DNA from: Candidatus Latescibacterota bacterium
Lineage (GTDB): Bacteria; Latescibacterota; CBDEFO01
Assembly: GCA_965237525.1 (NCBI GenBank)
Contig: CBDEFO010000007.1
Span: 64,001 to 128,000 of the forward strand
Reading direction: 5' to 3'
Length of the DNA: 64,000 bases
Shown here: in pieces, positions 61,506-64,000 of the stretch
How the letters are laid out: every line of letters begins with the position of its first letter
Numbering within the stretch: the first letter of the stretch is position 1
Translations under genes and position numbers: made by a program
Notes under the pieces: generated by a model
What the model saw: the letters and a program-made list of their open reading frames with translations, nothing else
What the model was told of the DNA's origin: nothing
Database searches by the model: none

Positions 61506-61516
61506 ATCTATCGGGG
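61496..61516. repeat. 21-bp palindrome supplying the dehydrogenase stop codon
   Basis: CCCCGAT-TGA-ATCTATCGGGG; TGA at 61503-61505. Confidence 0.9.
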
Positions 61517-61845
61517 GTCAACCTGACCATCAGCTTCGCGCTTGCCGTTGAGCTTTCTCGTTGCCATTAGTCTGAGTCAGAACAGACACCAGCCAACAGG
61601 GAATCAGATGTCAGGACAGTTAAGAAAGGAGACGGAGGTGCCTCACCCTCTGTATGCAGGCTAGTATTATTGATCTCTCTGATCTTGTCCAGACCATTTT
61701 GACCCTATACTTTTAATACCAAGCCGCTCTGGTGATGGGCGGAAGCTGAGGAGTCGGCCGAGCTTCTACACTTGCATAAGCCACGGCAAGATCGAAAGCC
61801 ATATCTGGCGATTTTTGGTCGAAAAGTGGAAGCTTACACCTACAT

Positions 61846-63370
61846 TAAAAGCCTTGTGAAAAACCCTTAGATTCAGAAAGTAGTATAGAACAAGCATTGA
61901 TAAAGCAGCTCCGATGTATTATATTATGTTATTGATAATATTATACATGGAGGAAACAATGACCCCACAAGAGCAGGAACAGACAAATCCGATGTTTCAC
62001 TATTTTCAGATGGAGGATTTAGTTCCCGAGGATCATATCCTTCGTCAGATTGATGAGGCAGTTGATTTTTCATTTGTACGAGACGTTGTATCAGATTGTT
62101 ATTGCCCTGACAATGGCAGACCCGGTATTGATCCTGAATTAGTTGTTCGAATGATCCTTATTGGCTATCTGTATAATTTGAGTGAGAATCGGCTCTGTCA
62201 GGAAGTGGGGATGCATGCGGCATATCGGTTGTTTTGTCATCAGACATTTGAGGATGCGGTTCCGGATAGGAGCACGATCAACAAGCTTCGCAATCACAAG
62301 TGGGCATCCAGTGGGTTGTTTGAACGGATAATGCGTCAGGTAGTCCAGTGTTGCATAGATGTCGGTGTTGTGAGCGGTAAACACCTTAGTGTCGACGGCA
62401 CTCAGATACAAGCTGATGCTTCAGTGAAAAGTATTGAGCCGATAGAACCCCCTGTTTCTCTTGATGATTATCTCAAGGGAATCGGTTTTGAAGGTGATAA
62501 GACAAAGGGTAGGTCCGGGCATCCTCAGGATAAAGACTTTCATGGTGAAAAGTGGACGAACCAAACACACCGTTCGACTACAGACCCCGACGCGCGCTTA
62601 TACAGCAAATCGAAGGGCAAAGGGGCTTTTCTCTCGTTTATGGGCCATGATCTGATCGACACAAAAAGCAGAGTAATCCTTGAGACTCAGGGCACGCAGG
62701 CGACAGGGACAGCAGAGCCCGAAAGTGCCCTTAAGATGGTAGATGACCTTGAAACATACACCATGCCCAAAGACATTCAGACACTTAGTGCCGATACCGG
62801 TTACGGTTCTGGTAATTTTATCGCTGATGTACTTGACCGGGGAATCATACCCCATATTCCTCTGCGAGCCGATGAGAAGATTGAACCGATTCCTACATGG
62901 AAAAACAAGACAAATTCAGCACATATTCAGGCCGAACGGGATAGAAAAGTGCGAGAGGCGAAAGCCAGAAATCATGCACGGTCTATCTCATTAACAGCTG
63001 ACTACAAACTCTCCCGGAGACTCCGTAAACGCAGTGAACATATCTTTGCTGAAGCCAGGCAACAACACGGTATGGGACGAGCCCGTTATAGAGGACCAGC
63101 CTCACTGAATGAACAGTTGAATCTTGTTGCAACAGTACAGAATCTCAAGAGGCTTGTATCTTTCATAAGAAGGGGGAAAGCGTCTATGTGTGCCCTGTCT
63201 GTCAAAGACAGTGCATCCTGTTCTTCAAACAGCTCCTGTTCCTTGCTGACCAGAACTCTGATAAGACTATTTTGCTTATTCCACAGCAAAACGATACGAT
63301 ATGCTACTCTTTGACCCATAATCGGCGCTTCAGACGCTGCCTGGGACATAACTATTTCACAAGGCTTTTA
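61846..63370 (+). mobile_element. IS1182-family insertion sequence
   Basis: 16-bp inverted repeats TAAAAGCCTTGTGAAA (61846) / TTTCACAAGGCTTTTA (63355-63370). Confidence 0.85.
61959..63314 (+). CDS. IS1182-family DDE transposase
   Basis: LVPEDHILRQI..GRPGIDP, VDGTQIQA, STTDPDAR, ADTGY, EHIFAE..RARYRG; GGAGG RBS before ATG 61959. Confidence 0.9.
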   Translation: MTPQEQEQTNPMFHYFQMEDLVPEDHILRQIDEAVDFSFVRDVVSDCYCPDNGRPGIDPELVVRMILIGYLYNLSENRLCQEVGMHAAYRLFCHQTFEDAVPDRSTINKLRNHKWASSGLFERIMRQVVQCCIDVGVVSGKHLSVDGTQIQADASVKSIEPIEPPVSLDDYLKGIGFEGDKTKGRSGHPQDKDFHGEKWTNQTHRSTTDPDARLYSKSKGKGAFLSFMGHDLIDTKSRVILETQGTQATGTAEPESALKMVDDLETYTMPKDIQTLSADTGYGSGNFIADVLDRGIIPHIPLRADEKIEPIPTWKNKTNSAHIQAERDRKVREAKARNHARSISLTADYKLSRRLRKRSEHIFAEARQQHGMGRARYRGPASLNEQLNLVATVQNLKRLVSFIRRGKASMCALSVKDSASCSSNSSCSLLTRTLIRLFCLFHSKTIRYATL

Positions 63371-63393
63371 GATTCCTGGAGATTCCTGGCAGC

Positions 63394-63999
63394 TTAACAG
63401 CACCCTCCACCTGGATAGTGATATGTAGAACCTGTCACAATAATATCCTGTTTATCCAAGTGTTCAAACCACCTTGCCGTCTTGTCGCATACCTGGAAGG
63501 GAATATCTCTCATAACTATATGACCCTTGCCGTCGTCGAAGCACTCATCATCCCCCGTATATATCACGGTCCTCCCCGTAAATACACAAGCTCCGTCAGG
63601 CGGTATGGGATCGTTGTACGCCGCCAACTCCACTGTCTCCAGGAGAATATCCTCGTCCAGATCGTATCTGCGACTGTCCATCATTCTGTAAGGACGCCTC
63701 CCTCGTATCTCCAGCGTCCCGAATCCCGCCTGGACGATGCGCTCAATATACTCATCGAACAACAGGGCACCCGAAAGACACATAGCCCGTAAGCGCTCAT
63801 CCATCTTAAGCTGATCAGGTATCGTCTTTTGCGACACAGGATCGGATATGATGAGCTTTCCGCCCATCTTCAAGGCGCGCCTTATCTCCACCAGAGCTGT
63901 CATCAGGTCGCTTTCGGTAAATATATTAAATAAACAGTTTTGCGCAGCTATGTCCACAGATCTGTCCGGTAGGGGCAGACTCAGAGCGTCCCCCTCCAT
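63394..63999 (-). CDS. arsM: Arsenite methyltransferase ArsM-like, arsenosugar type (5'-truncated by window)
   Basis: AQNCLFNIF, RAMCLSGA, VCDKTA, C-terminal GGGCC. Confidence 0.75.
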   Translation of the reverse strand: MEGDALSLPLPDRSVDIAAQNCLFNIFTESDLMTALVEIRRALKMGGKLIISDPVSQKTIPDQLKMDERLRAMCLSGALLFDEYIERIVQAGFGTLEIRGRRPYRMMDSRRYDLDEDILLETVELAAYNDPIPPDGACVFTGRTVIYTGDDECFDDGKGHIVMRDIPFQVCDKTARWFEHLDKQDIIVTGSTYHYPGGGCC

Positions 64000-64000
64000 C

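Noticed and set aside
31781..61516. CRISPR array made of the 21-bp palindrome
   Set aside because: Copies are kilobases apart or nested, with no regular spacers and no cas genes

Overview
Bacterial chromosomal window from a diderm with FCB-superphylum hallmarks: fused lpxC-fabZ, NYPNPFNP C-terminal sorting domains, and mcsA-mcsB-clpC embedded in an outer-membrane operon. A Latescibacterota/KSB1-like lineage is an inference only. Bases ~1-29.7 kb are core genome: lysS, an IS481-like element and HEPN/PaREP1 relic, lolC/E-lolD-mcsA-mcsB-clpC-tamB-like-bamA-skp-lpxD-lpxC/fabZ-lpxA, a KDPG-aldolase-like gene with a kdgK-like kinase, a sigma54-driven ECF sigma, pyrE, rnpB, two tRNAs and dnaG. Bases ~30-61.5 kb are a patchwork accessory region, visibly more GC-rich: inositol/sugar-acid catabolic genes, an AT-rich XRE-IrrE/PIN pair, gene fragments, and a PQQ locus (one TonB-dependent receptor, five tandemly duplicated soluble PQQ sugar dehydrogenases, one quinoprotein glucose dehydrogenase). 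An IS1182-like element and a partial arsM close the window. The most notable unexplained signals are: (1) a 21-bp palindrome CCCCGAT-TGAATCT-ATCGGGG at 8 sites, inserted in-frame in lpxD, supplying the stop codons of two genes, and nested inside itself; (2) the PQQ locus with a structured leader and no pqq biosynthesis genes in the window; (3) a protein-less IS200/IS605-like mini element with a highly structured omega-RNA-like region. All calls are by eye; no database searches were run.
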